A stretch of 64,000 nucleotides of DNA, from IMG/VR virus record IMGVR_UViG_3300045988_131485; one strand, given 5' to 3'. Below, in pieces: positions 1-8,946 of the stretch. How positions within the stretch are numbered: position 1 is the first letter of the stretch; the number at the start of each line of letters is the position of its first letter. Below the pieces are notes generated by a model. The model saw nothing but the letters and a program-made list of their open reading frames with translations. It was not told the origin of the DNA and ran no database searches. This DNA comes from a virus. Both the position numbers and the translations under genes were made by a program.

Positions 1-335
1 TACAACTTTTTGTTCTTAAAACAGGCGTTTTTCCTTGTTTTTAACCAATTTCAGAACATTTTTCAAGTATTACTCTCCGAGCGGCTTCATCGTGGGGAAC
101 AATTCACGGTATGCTCTATCTTGCCTTATCATGCTTTATTATCTCACATTTCGCATGAAATCCAAAACTTTTTTACCCATTTTGCTTTTATCTTGTTTTA
201 TCTTGTGATAGTCAAATGTGGTAAAATTTGTGGTAACACCTTAAAACCTCAGATAGGCTTCGTGGTTTGTGTACACCTTATATATTATACACACCAATAC
301 CACCCATGTCAAATAGAGACTATTAGCAAAAAAAA

Positions 336-361
336 AGAGGGGTACATTTCTGTACCCCTCT
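336..361 (-). terminator. Rho-independent terminator closing the leftward late/lysis operon
   Basis: 11-bp perfect stem AGAGGGGTACA/TGTACCCCTCT with a 4-nt loop, followed on the minus strand by a U-run (A-run about 328-335 on plus). Confidence 0.8.
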
Positions 362-365
362 TCAT

Positions 366-812
366 TCATACAAGGAACCCACCGTTTTCCTCATGGTCTT
401 GGTATACTCGCTTAATGTTAGCAATAGCCATGACCGCTCGGTTGTTCTTATATCCGGGGTGTGTTTCACAGAATCTCTCATACTCGTCGATGTCAAGGAG
501 CATATCATTAAAACACTCAAGTGTAAAGTCCTCACCCCTCATAAGCTCAATGTTGAACCGCAGAATACGCTGGCGGTGCATATTCGCATCTCGCTCATCA
601 TCATCCTGAATATGTTTTTCGAGCTTATCCTGTGTCTCACGTTGTTCCTTTTTGATGTCGGCGATCTCATTTAACACCTCACCGTTGATTGCCCTGCCAA
701 TCTTCTTTGCCAACCCCGACCAAGGATTTACCTTGATCGGGGCGACCTGAACAAAGGTCATAAGCAAAAGGAGCGTTCCGCCGCTCCATCCCAAGATCTC
801 TCCCATGTTCAT
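366..812 (-). CDS. Membrane protein of the lysis module (one N-terminal TM segment, charged coiled C-terminus), function unknown
   Basis: ORF trimmed to the ATG at 812, which has GGAGG 8 nt upstream. N-terminus MNMGEILGWSGGTLLLLMTFVQVAPI is hydrophobic. Confidence 0.6.
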   Translation of the reverse strand: MNMGEILGWSGGTLLLLMTFVQVAPIKVNPWSGLAKKIGRAINGEVLNEIADIKKEQRETQDKLEKHIQDDDERDANMHRQRILRFNIELMRGEDFTLECFNDMLLDIDEYERFCETHPGYKNNRAVMAIANIKRVYQDHEENGGFLV

Positions 813-832
813 GTCATGTCCCTCCAAAGTGC

Positions 833-1162
833 TTATCGCGCCGTATTGGAGGTACCGTTGACAATCTTGCTCATATCGCACAGACTGTCAATCAGATCGG
901 AAATCTTGTCCATATCGAGATCATAATTTACAGTATCGGCAGAAGCCTTAACCATAGCCATGACCCATTCCTTCCGATCTGCACCCTTCTCGAACATCGT
1001 CTCGGCGCGTTCCATGTAACTGGTAACGAGCTTAACAACTTCCGGCCAGTTTTTGTCCTGGATCGTTTTCCGCACATACTTCACCAGCTGGATTGCCAGC
1101 GGGATAGTTGCGGCAAGACCAGACAACACCGATACAATCAGTCGTACCCATTCAGAATCCAT
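833..1162 (-). CDS. Holin, LL-H-like family
   Basis: 109 aa with a single N-terminal TM (LIVSVLSGLAATIPLAIQLV) followed by a helical tail (KEWVMAMVK). AAGGAGG SD. Sits next to the endolysins. Confidence 0.7.
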   Translation of the reverse strand: MDSEWVRLIVSVLSGLAATIPLAIQLVKYVRKTIQDKNWPEVVKLVTSYMERAETMFEKGADRKEWVMAMVKASADTVNYDLDMDKISDLIDSLCDMSKIVNGTSNTAR

Positions 1163-1182
1163 AGCACTCTATCCTCCTTTTT

Positions 1183-1542
1183 TCATATTGCAGGGCTTTC
1201 TTTGCTGCCCTCTATGCCGTTCTCACAAAAATTGTGTGCTTTAGCAGTTGCGAATTTAATTCCTTCTCCATCAGCACCAGAGTTTTCTACCTCGCTCTTG
1301 TGTACAATTTTACTGAGCACAATACTGCAGGCAGTTCCTATCGGAGCAAAAGCTGCCGTGTAGCAAGCCAGTGCCCCAGTATACCCATATACGATACTCA
1401 GTCGAGCAAGGTAAAAGCCGCCGGCCAATCCAGCGGCAAGGAAAATCATGATACATACAGCAAGCCAGTTGGTAAATCCAAGGCGTGGCCTCTTCGATTT
1501 CGGCTTGCTTTTCTTCTTACCACGCTCGATCGAGATGGTCAT
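1183..1542 (-). CDS. Small two-TM membrane protein, possible second holin or antiholin
   Basis: Basic N-terminus (KKKSKPKSKRPR) then two hydrophobic segments. Start lies 1 nt after the amidase stop. Confidence 0.5.
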   Translation of the reverse strand: MTISIERGKKKSKPKSKRPRLGFTNWLAVCIMIFLAAGLAGGFYLARLSIVYGYTGALACYTAAFAPIGTACSIVLSKIVHKSEVENSGADGEGIKFATAKAHNFCENGIEGSKESPAI

Positions 1543-1543
1543 T

Positions 1544-2398
1544 TTACGCCTTGCCCATCATCTGAGTCCAACGATAAAGAACGGTGACGAACTGCTCGCG
1601 GGTCAAAATGTCACCCCACATACAATTCGGCTCGCCGCTGACGGTCGTACCATTACCGGCGATCAGACCATTCTTCGTTGCCCACTCGCGTGCTTCTGCG
1701 CTGTATGCGCTTGCGTCATTGTCCTGGAGTTCCTTACGCATTTCGCCCCAGAGTTCTTTGAAACGTGCTACATCCATGTCATCATCCTCCGTTTCGCCAT
1801 TGAGAATTTCCTGAACTTCCTTCCGCAGAGCATCCATGCTCTTGCCATGCTTCGGCCACCACTGCCCCACGTCGCCATGGTTAGAGCCGTAGCCGGCACG
1901 ATATGACTCTGCATGATCGCTGATCCCAGAAATCGGATATCCGAATTTCTTGACCATATAGACATTCCATGCCACGACCATTTTCCACATCCGGTCGAAA
2001 TAGCCCTGGTTTTTCGCCACGTCGTATCCGACCATCGTGCCGCCAGCATAGGTGTGGCCTGCGGGTTCGCAAATCTCCCACTGCACTTTCGTGTTATTCC
2101 ACGAACCCTTACTACCGGAACCGCATCCCCACGGGCGACCATTCCATTGCAAAGCGAGAATAATTCGTCCTTCGCCCTTATGGAAGTCACCAAGGAGAGC
2201 ATTAACACCCCAGCCCGCACTGGACTTGTTCATCGTGTTGAAAAACACATCGACAGAAGGTTGGGCGCAGCCAACAGAATGGTTTACGCAGCCAGCAGGC
2301 TTGATCGTTCTTCCGCTGGTATAAGCTCCGTTATCCGTCGCAGGGCGGATCTCCAGATGGCTTTCAACGTACTGGATACATTCTTGAACTGTCATCAC
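1544..2398 (-). CDS. Endolysin: N-acetylmuramoyl-L-alanine amidase (PGRP/amidase_2-like) with an SLH-like C-terminal wall-binding module
   Basis: The N-terminal 180 aa resemble amidase_2 lysins. The C-terminal 75 aa are paralogous to the C-terminus of the 2746-3501 lysin. The ATG at 2395 is an alternative start. Confidence 0.75.
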   Translation of the reverse strand: MMTVQECIQYVESHLEIRPATDNGAYTSGRTIKPAGCVNHSVGCAQPSVDVFFNTMNKSSAGWGVNALLGDFHKGEGRIILALQWNGRPWGCGSGSKGSWNNTKVQWEICEPAGHTYAGGTMVGYDVAKNQGYFDRMWKMVVAWNVYMVKKFGYPISGISDHAESYRAGYGSNHGDVGQWWPKHGKSMDALRKEVQEILNGETEDDDMDVARFKELWGEMRKELQDNDASAYSAEAREWATKNGLIAGNGTTVSGEPNCMWGDILTREQFVTVLYRWTQMMGKA

Positions 2399-2399
2399 T

Positions 2400-2684
2400 T
2401 CAAACCACCTCCACGTATTCTCTGCCCCAGTAAGGCTCGCCGCCGTCCTCTGATGTCTTCAGCACAGCATACCAAGCCTTACCGCCGTCTTTACGGAAAC
2501 GCGGATCGAGTGTCTTAGAGCAGAACCCGAAGCCACCCTCATCCTCTGCCCCGTCACCCCGACACATTTCACGATTACATTCCGTGTTTTTTCTGGGATC
2601 ACACTCATAGAACAGGACTTTCTCTCCTGTTGAGCCGTCCACCAGGTACCCACCACGGGATACAATGTTGTTGATATCGACCAT
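2400..2684 (-). CDS. Hypothetical small Cys-containing protein
   Basis: 94-aa ORF with AAGAGGTGA SD, tightly packed between the two lysin genes. Confidence 0.5.
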   Translation of the reverse strand: MVDINNIVSRGGYLVDGSTGEKVLFYECDPRKNTECNREMCRGDGAEDEGGFGFCSKTLDPRFRKDGGKAWYAVLKTSEDGGEPYWGREYVEVV

Positions 2685-2745
2685 TGAAGTTCACCTCTTT
2701 ATTTCCGAACGGTCAGATATTTTCGTTACTAACCGTAGATACTTT

Positions 2746-3501
2746 TCATGCCGGCGACCCCATGATTTGAGCAAGACGGTAGAGCACCGTCACGAACTGT
2801 TCACGGGTAACAAGGTCTTGCCACATATAGTTGGGTTCACCATTGATGACAGTCCCGTTGCCGGTAATCAAACCCATATCCAACGCCCACTGCCGCGCCT
2901 CAGCGCTCCACTGGCCGCAGTCGTTGTCCTGCAGTTCAGCTCTCATTTCCTGAAAGAGTTTTCTGAACTGTTCCAAATCAGAATCGGACGCAGGAGCAGT
3001 CTGTGAGGCAAACTGGTCATAGTACCGCTGCCCATACTCAGCACGCTTCTTCTGAACATCCTTACTCTGGTTTGCCGGCTTCTCAAAGTTCAGCAGCACG
3101 GCATTGGAAGCCTCCAATACAGAGGTTGCCGCCCGCAGCACCGCCAGCACGCCGGGGTAGCTCTCGAACAGCTCTTTCCAAAGAAAATCCAGCTGCATAA
3201 TGAGATCTCCGATAGATTTTCCAGACGCCTTAGCAAAATCCAGCAGGGCTTGCTTCCGAGTCCAAAACGTCCACTGAGCAAGGCCAAAACCAGCCTTGTC
3301 CTGCACGAAATTTGTGTAGGTACCGTTATCCACAGCAGCTACATAAGCATTGTCATTCATGCCAAGGACGTTTTCATAACTGTTCTGCAAATTCCGAGGA
3401 TTAAGGCCACTTTCGGCAAACAAGTTGCCCATCAACCCAGCGATCCCATACTCATTCAATCCCTTCTTTTGAAGGTAGTCATGAATTGTCAGTTCGTTCA
3501 T
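2746..3501 (-). CDS. Endolysin: phage lysozyme-like glycosidase (Phage_lysozyme2-type) with the same SLH-like C-terminal module
   Basis: The motif GIAGLMGNLFAESGLNP is typical of this lysozyme family. AAGGAGGTG SD. Confidence 0.75.
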   Translation of the reverse strand: MNELTIHDYLQKKGLNEYGIAGLMGNLFAESGLNPRNLQNSYENVLGMNDNAYVAAVDNGTYTNFVQDKAGFGLAQWTFWTRKQALLDFAKASGKSIGDLIMQLDFLWKELFESYPGVLAVLRAATSVLEASNAVLLNFEKPANQSKDVQKKRAEYGQRYYDQFASQTAPASDSDLEQFRKLFQEMRAELQDNDCGQWSAEARQWALDMGLITGNGTVINGEPNYMWQDLVTREQFVTVLYRLAQIMGSPA

Positions 3502-3512
3502 CTCGCACCTCC

Positions 3513-4538
3513 TTACAGATCAGAAAGCGCGGCTTGCTTCTGCCCGACGATTTCACCGTTCATGCAATACTTGCCGATTTCGTCCTCATCGTCGATATCC
3601 TTGTAGATATCCACCATTTCCAAGCTCTCCCATCCAATGATGGTCTTGATCACAGAATCGGGCAGGTTTGCCTTGGCAAGTGAAGTCGTAAAGAAGTGCC
3701 GGAGACTATGCCAATACACAGGGATACCCAGAATATTGGAGAAGGTCTCCGCCCAGCTGTTCAGTGTAGAGATAGGCACCGTCTTCGTAGGATCGTCCCT
3801 GTCAGGGAACAGCCACTCACTTTCGATACCCAGATCTGCCCGCTTCGCCATCCACGCATCGAAGTAGGGCTTGAAAGGCTTTGCCAGCACATAGCAGGTA
3901 AGCATTTTTCCATTGACGCCCTTGCCCTTCGTTCTGACTTTCTCAGGCGTTTTGTAAAACGTGCCATAGATGATGTTCTCGTCGTCGAAGTACGACACTT
4001 TGAATCGCGTCAGCTCAGACTTGCGCCGTCCAGAATACCGCGCCAAAGCGAAGCAGCAGGCTTTCTCGTACTGCCCGCGCTCCATCAGATAGTCCAAGAG
4101 TTGATCGGCCTGTTCGTCGGTCAGCACCGTCTTCTCTCTGGTCGGCTCATTTACCGGGTTCTCGATCTTGCGGACGATTGACCGGAAGTTGGGAAGCTCG
4201 TCATCCAAGATTGCTTCGATGTAGTTGCTCAAAGATGACAACGTACTCTTCAGCCGGCGCACACGGGCGGGAGAGTTCTCGTTGTTCCGCAACAGCCAGT
4301 TTTGGTACGAGATGATGTCACGCTTGCTAATCTCCGGGAAATACTTGTTGTCCGCATTTTGGAGTACCCACACGAAGAAAATATACAAATCGCTCGTATA
4401 TGCCTTAACGGTGGAATCCGCCTTGCCGATACTCCGCAGGTATTCCAGAAAATCGTTCATCAGCCGAATGTTCTTCGGGTTGATCTGGGCGATCAATTCC
4501 GGGCTGGTGATCTTGTTTTGTCTCGTCTTCCGTCCCAT
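3513..4538 (-). CDS. int: Tyrosine recombinase / phage integrase (XerC/D-like)
   Basis: C-terminal HSLRHFFTT...GWESLEMVDIY (R..H-R-Y region) and an N-terminal SAM-like core-binding domain. ATG at 4538 preceded by AAGGAGGTG. Confidence 0.85.
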   Translation of the reverse strand: MGRKTRQNKITSPELIAQINPKNIRLMNDFLEYLRSIGKADSTVKAYTSDLYIFFVWVLQNADNKYFPEISKRDIISYQNWLLRNNENSPARVRRLKSTLSSLSNYIEAILDDELPNFRSIVRKIENPVNEPTREKTVLTDEQADQLLDYLMERGQYEKACCFALARYSGRRKSELTRFKVSYFDDENIIYGTFYKTPEKVRTKGKGVNGKMLTCYVLAKPFKPYFDAWMAKRADLGIESEWLFPDRDDPTKTVPISTLNSWAETFSNILGIPVYWHSLRHFFTTSLAKANLPDSVIKTIIGWESLEMVDIYKDIDDEDEIGKYCMNGEIVGQKQAALSDL

Positions 4539-4566
4539 AACTCTCACCTCCTTTTTCGTATGAAGA

Positions 4567-4596
4567 AAGAGCCGCACCTTTTTAGGTACGGCTCTT
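4567..4596 (-). terminator. Hairpin terminator/attenuator immediately upstream of the integrase SD
   Basis: 12-bp stem (one mismatch) AAGAGCCGCACCT/AGGTACGGCTCTT with a TTTT loop, followed by UUCUUCAU on the minus strand. Confidence 0.6.
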
Positions 4597-4603
4597 AAAA
4601 AAT

Positions 4604-4644
4604 GGTTAGCAAATAGCTGTTTTATTCTGTTATGTGTAGCGGGG
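4604..4644 (+). promoter_or_regulatory. Promoter-like box GGTTAGCAA-N-TCTGTTATGTGTAGCGGGG, oriented antisense to the late genes
   Basis: Same architecture as the boxes at 61840, 62385, 63151 and 63692. Confidence 0.4.
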
Positions 4645-5073
4645 CTTCTCTCCACCCTCTACCGCATACCTCATCCAGTCCAGTATGACAATGCCCACAA
4701 CGGATAGGACAAGCCACAGCAAAGTAAACTGCGGGCAGATTTGTCCCAGGATATTCCCGGCCAAGTGCGAGTAATCCCACACTCCCAAACCAAGCCACAC
4801 ATTCAAAACAAGTCCGGTAACGAACTCTAACGCTGTAATCGCGGCAGCACAGATACACGCCTGCCCTACCAACGGCATTCCCCAGGGAAGCTCTGCTCCG
4901 AAGCGTTCCAGAGGGACGGCCAGAATAATCGCTAACGCAAACATCGTCCAGCTGATTGTTTCCGGCCTACCCTGAGAAGTCTTCCAGATGACCTCGCCGA
5001 AGAAATACACACCGCCAGTCCAAAACCAGAGCAAAACAGAAAGCACCCACTTTCCAATTCGTTTCCGCTCCAT
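4630..5073 (-). CDS. Polytopic membrane protein (DUF1113 / putative ABC-transporter type IV CmpB-like)
   Basis: 4-5 hydrophobic segments and a WDYSH motif. Trimmed to the ATG at 5073. Confidence 0.55.
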   Translation of the reverse strand: MERKRIGKWVLSVLLWFWTGGVYFFGEVIWKTSQGRPETISWTMFALAIILAVPLERFGAELPWGMPLVGQACICAAAITALEFVTGLVLNVWLGLGVWDYSHLAGNILGQICPQFTLLWLVLSVVGIVILDWMRYAVEGGEKPRYT

Positions 5074-5080
5074 GCTTATC

Positions 5081-5248
5081 TTACTCCCATTCCCCGGCAA
5101 TTTCTTTCAGCCGGTTTTGTTCCCGCAGCGCCTCTTCCTCTTTGACCTCAGTGCCAAACTGTACCAACATAAAGGCTTGCGCCTTAATGATCTCTGCCTG
5201 ACGAATGCAGATGTCGGTTAGTTCCGCAATCAGCTCAACGCTGCTCAT
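5081..5248 (-). CDS. Hypothetical 55-aa protein (below the ORF-track size cutoff)
   Basis: Hand translation MSSVELIAELTDICIRQAEIIKAQAFMLVQFGTEVKEEEALREQNRLKEIAGEWE. ATGA overlap with the upstream stop. Confidence 0.5.
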   Translation of the reverse strand: MSSVELIAELTDICIRQAEIIKAQAFMLVQFGTEVKEEEALREQNRLKEIAGEWE

Positions 5249-5838
5249 GCGGCACCGCCCAGCTTTTGCACGATAGCTTCCATCTGAGCCTGGGCTACTG
5301 CCATCTTCTCAGACAAAGCTGCAGCATAGGGTTCGGGCAGATCCATACCGTACTGCACAGCAGCGATCTTCTCAGCGTCTGTCATGGCATTGACATAGCT
5401 CTTGAGAGCATTGTGATATGCCGTCTGACTGGTAATCAGCGTCTGAGCCGCTACGTAAATCTGAGCGATTTCCGTAGCAGAATACACCGTGCAGGTTCCA
5501 TCATCGGCCTGATAGGGGTACTCAGTACCACCCAGCTCAACCACACGGAACAGGTTGTTGATATTGCTCTGATCCTCCAGTTTCAGATTGAAATGGTCAA
5601 GACGATCCCCGATAGGCACGTCTACGCCTGCTACGATGACCGCATTGCAAGCCTTGGAAATCTCCAAAAGTTTCGCTGCACGCACCGTTTCCAGAGCATT
5701 GTCACTGCCGAGGATTTCCACCGCGTCTTCGGTCGTAATCCAACCATTCGCAACGGCCTTCAAAAGGCCACCCGCTGAAATGGAGGGTTCGATTCCACGC
5801 AGGCCATTTTCATACATTTCTCTCAGTTTGTCCTTCAT
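5245..5838 (-). CDS. Phage tail-fibre-associated protein (XkdX-like N-terminus, DUF4376-like remainder)
   Basis: N-terminal GWITTEDAVEILG motif. GGAGGG SD. Confidence 0.45.
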   Translation of the reverse strand: MKDKLREMYENGLRGIEPSISAGGLLKAVANGWITTEDAVEILGSDNALETVRAAKLLEISKACNAVIVAGVDVPIGDRLDHFNLKLEDQSNINNLFRVVELGGTEYPYQADDGTCTVYSATEIAQIYVAAQTLITSQTAYHNALKSYVNAMTDAEKIAAVQYGMDLPEPYAAALSEKMAVAQAQMEAIVQKLGGAA

Positions 5839-5841
5839 TTC

Positions 5842-6111
5842 TCAGCCCTCCAAAATCGTCCGAATCAGACCCTCGATGGTAGTCTGATGGCTTTTGAGTT
5901 CTTGCCCACCGTCGATCTCTGAGACAACGACAGTACCGGCACCCTCAATGTCTTCGTGCCCAACCAGATTGTAGGCCACACTCTTGAATGCCACACCGAT
6001 AGCATCTTCACGGGTGGCCGGAGTAAAACATCCGTTATCGCCATAACGAATGTAGTTGACAGAATCAGTAATGCCCAATTCTGTCCCGTCAATTTTGATA
6101 ATCCGATACAT
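5842..6111 (-). CDS. Hypothetical phage protein
   Basis: 89-aa ORF with TAATG coupling to the upstream gene. Confidence 0.5.
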   Translation of the reverse strand: MYRIIKIDGTELGITDSVNYIRYGDNGCFTPATREDAIGVAFKSVAYNLVGHEDIEGAGTVVVSEIDGGQELKSHQTTIEGLIRTILEG

Positions 6112-6521
6112 TACTTGACCTCCTTTGCACCAATCAACTTGGCGATATGTTTCAGATCTTCGATTTCGGCATTATAGAAATCGTGATTCCAAAGCCAGAA
6201 ATCATCACGATCACTGCACTTGTACTGCTGGCAGCGGGGATCATCCCAAATCCTATCCCATCTATCCTGATGTGCCTCATCATGCTTTGCAAGCGTAGAC
6301 TTGATGGTTTGAATGAGTTTTCCACGCAGAAGCCCTTGTCCATCGTCGTTTTGCGCAAAGAACTCATATGCGCAATCACTGAACACGGCACATACCGGTT
6401 TCCCGTTGTGCAGCAAAACATTTCCACCTACTTCCAGCTTCGTGCCGTATGGGATATTTACTTCGCCGCTAATAGTCTTGAACTTTGCTCTTTTTACTGT
6501 GATATAGCTATTGTGGTTCAC
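6111..6521 (-). CDS. Hypothetical phage protein
   Basis: 136-aa ORF. GTG start with GGAGGT 8 nt upstream. Confidence 0.5.
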   Translation of the reverse strand: MNHNSYITVKRAKFKTISGEVNIPYGTKLEVGGNVLLHNGKPVCAVFSDCAYEFFAQNDDGQGLLRGKLIQTIKSTLAKHDEAHQDRWDRIWDDPRCQQYKCSDRDDFWLWNHDFYNAEIEDLKHIAKLIGAKEVK

Positions 6522-6546
6522 CGTGATATACCTCCAAATAAGAAAA

Positions 6547-6569
6547 CACCCGAAGATTTGCTTCGAGTG
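6547..6569 (-). terminator. Rho-independent terminator after the DGR reverse transcriptase
   Basis: 9-bp stem CACTCGAAG/CTTCGGGTG followed by UUUUCUUAUUU on the minus strand. Confidence 0.7.
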
Positions 6570-6587
6570 TAATCTGTTAGTTATTTT

Positions 6588-7751
6588 TTACGCGGACTTC
6601 TTTAGTTGTTCTTGCTCTCTATACCGACTAAACATGGCATAGTGCAGCCGTCTCAACCGTAACAACCTACCGTGATCGTCAAAATTCCTGTAGTACGCAG
6701 TCTGACATTCCATGTATTGATCTATCTCGAAAAGTGTTTTCCTACCGGCAAGATATTCCCTATGGAACATTTTCAACTTACGCCTTGCACGCTTCACACC
6801 ATCACGGCTACCGTTGATCTTGATTGCTCCGGTTTCCGTCAATGTGAAACGAGCTTTACAAAACCTAAACGGCTTTGTAAGCGGAATGATTTTACACTTT
6901 TTCTTATTCACCCTAATACCGAAAGACTCAAACTTTTTAACAATATCTCTTGCTATCTGTTTCAGTTCTTCAATATCATGGTAAATAACATAGTAGTCAT
7001 CCATGTAGTGACCTGCACAGTGAAGACCAAGTTGACACTTGATATAGTTGTCAATCGCACTTGGGAGAGACACCATCTCCTGCTGGCTTGGTTCCACACC
7101 CAAAGGCATACCTCTACCAGGCGCATTGCCATAAGGCGCATAGTCAATGATCGCGTCTGCCACTGCTCGGATCTGCGGATCAAACATTACTTGCTGATGC
7201 CGACGATAGATGATGTCTCTATTAGCATTCGGAAAGAAGCTCTTCAAGTCAAGAAGGAATATACCTCCTTCTCTTCCATAGCGTCGGTAATGCCATGCAA
7301 GCTGCTGTGTTAGCCTGCGGAAATGCCAATGTAGTCCCTTACCTCTCTGGCTTGCTCCATTGTCGCAAATCATACTCGGATGATAAAGGGGAATGAGGAC
7401 TTCATTTGTAAAAACCTTATGAATCTGCCGATCGTCGATGTGCGGGGCGTCAATCGGTCGCACTTTTCCACGCTCAGAGATGGTGAAATGTGCGCATTTC
7501 TTTTGTTTCCACTTACCGTCCAAAACTTCACGCCGTCTCTTGGCTGTTCCAGAAAATAAGTGAAGCTCAAAGTTTTGCGTACTCTGTTTCCAACGGACGC
7601 CCGTACAACATTTTCTCCCATAGAAGAACATATCGTGATAGTTGAAAACATCTTGAAGTGTACCGACTTCTTTGCTTCGTTTCAGTCTGTTTGCTTGTCG
7701 CTTTGATTTCCTGCGATGATATCTTGCCTCTCGGCGTTCTTCGCTTGTCAT
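6588..7751 (-). CDS. DGR reverse transcriptase
   Basis: YMDD catalytic box (nt 6996-7007), DGR-type LGxxxSQ motif (PLGVEPSQQ), and location directly downstream of the TR. Confidence 0.9.
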   Translation of the reverse strand: MTSEERREARYHRRKSKRQANRLKRSKEVGTLQDVFNYHDMFFYGRKCCTGVRWKQSTQNFELHLFSGTAKRRREVLDGKWKQKKCAHFTISERGKVRPIDAPHIDDRQIHKVFTNEVLIPLYHPSMICDNGASQRGKGLHWHFRRLTQQLAWHYRRYGREGGIFLLDLKSFFPNANRDIIYRRHQQVMFDPQIRAVADAIIDYAPYGNAPGRGMPLGVEPSQQEMVSLPSAIDNYIKCQLGLHCAGHYMDDYYVIYHDIEELKQIARDIVKKFESFGIRVNKKKCKIIPLTKPFRFCKARFTLTETGAIKINGSRDGVKRARRKLKMFHREYLAGRKTLFEIDQYMECQTAYYRNFDDHGRLLRLRRLHYAMFSRYREQEQLKKSA

Positions 7752-7971
7752 AAAAAGTGTTCGCCCTCCGCATAGTTGTCTTGTAGGTGCGCGTCTAAAC
7801 TACTTTGACCCGACACATGAAACGAGGATAGCGCAAGTACCCCGCCATGCAAGCAGCGTCCGTGTAAGGTCGTCAAAGGGCAGTTTTAGGGATTTTCACC
7901 CAGGGAAGTATCTCTCCTTTTGCGAGGGTCGTCTTTCACCTATCGGTTACTCCATGTGACCCCGCATCGCA

Positions 7972-8093
7972 AAATCCGGGCGCGAGCGCAGCCGCATTCC
8001 TTGCATTGTTATTGTTGGCGCTGCCATCAGTGTTCACATTGCAGAAATTGTTGTTATTGTTGTAATTAGCAGAGCGGAGCCACCACCACGCCG
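7972..8093 (-). repeat. DGR template repeat (TR)
   Basis: 122 bp aligning to 9084-9205 (offset 1112) with 113 identities. Asn(AAY)-rich when read in the VR frame. Confidence 0.9.
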
Positions 8094-8148
8094 CCAAAGG
8101 CGGCGAAAACACCAAGGACACGTTTTCAGAAATACACCCAATAAAGAT

Positions 8149-8613
8149 TCAGCTCTTTTTGATTTGCCCTAACGATTTCAGAGTCCCTTTGATCAACTCA
8201 TCTTCGTTGTCAATCATTTCCCCAAGACTTGCAGCCATTCTGTCTAACTTTTCCGTTGCCTCCTTCGGAGATACTGAATTTCCCTTAGAAGTTGTAAAAC
8301 ATCCCTCGGGGTTCTTCATTATCACGAGATAGCAATGCGTAAGTCTGACATCCAGTGCTTTTAAGGAAGCTCTTGCTTCCAGCAAATGCGCTTTGCGTAA
8401 CTCAATTCTCTGAGCGTCTGATGGGAAAATACTGTTCGCTTTCTCAGCATGATCCACTACTTCTCCAGCCAACTTAGCCACAGGTTCGGCCAAAAGTCTG
8501 GAATACCGTGCAGACATCCTTGTGAGAAAATTCAGCGTTTCTACATAGATTTGGTTAGCAGTATTGACATACTCAGCCTTACTCGTAGTCCGCCTTGCTT
8601 TCAATACAGACAT
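8149..8613 (-). CDS. avd: Avd-like DGR accessory protein (predicted helical bundle)
   Basis: 154-aa helical protein in the canonical position between the target gene and the TR. Loosely similar to the four-helix-bundle / 23S-IVS family. Confidence 0.6.
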   Translation of the reverse strand: MSVLKARRTTSKAEYVNTANQIYVETLNFLTRMSARYSRLLAEPVAKLAGEVVDHAEKANSIFPSDAQRIELRKAHLLEARASLKALDVRLTHCYLVIMKNPEGCFTTSKGNSVSPKEATEKLDRMAASLGEMIDNEDELIKGTLKSLGQIKKS

Positions 8614-8645
8614 TCTTTTACCTCTCTGGTGAATGGTCTTTTGCC

Positions 8646-8834
8646 CTATTCATCTGACTTAGTTTGATTAGCAGTAATCGCTCCCTCCGCTTTTTCGACT
8701 TCTTCCAGATGTTTCAAAAGCACAAACTCTATGTAGTTTGTCATGGAGCGATGCTGTTTTGTCGCCAGCGCACCAATCTTATCAAACACCTCATCAGATA
8801 GACGCAGCGTGAAAACACGTTTGTTTGATGCCAT
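8646..8834 (-). CDS. Ribbon-helix-helix (CopG/Arc-like) DNA-binding protein
   Basis: MASNKRVFTLRLSDEVFDKIGALA... fits the beta-strand/helix/helix pattern. ATG at 8834 with GGGAGG 6 nt upstream. Confidence 0.6.
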   Translation of the reverse strand: MASNKRVFTLRLSDEVFDKIGALATKQHRSMTNYIEFVLLKHLEEVEKAEGAITANQTKSDE

Positions 8835-8946
8835 ACTCAACCTCCCACTTACCTGCACATAAATATTTTAGTGCTATTTTCAGCTTTTGTATGCAGTATT
8901 TAGACTGTTAAGTGATAGCATTTTATAGGGTATTTTTCTAAAAATC

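Noticed and set aside
10-609. 199-aa plus-strand ORF at the left edge
   Set aside because: It has a TTG start without an SD and crosses the terminator and the antisense of a supported gene. The translation is AT-rich and low-complexity.
7936-8121. 61-aa minus-strand ORF rich in Asn
   Set aside because: This is the DGR template repeat read in the VR frame. It has no SD and sits between avd and the RT, so it is treated as non-coding TR RNA.
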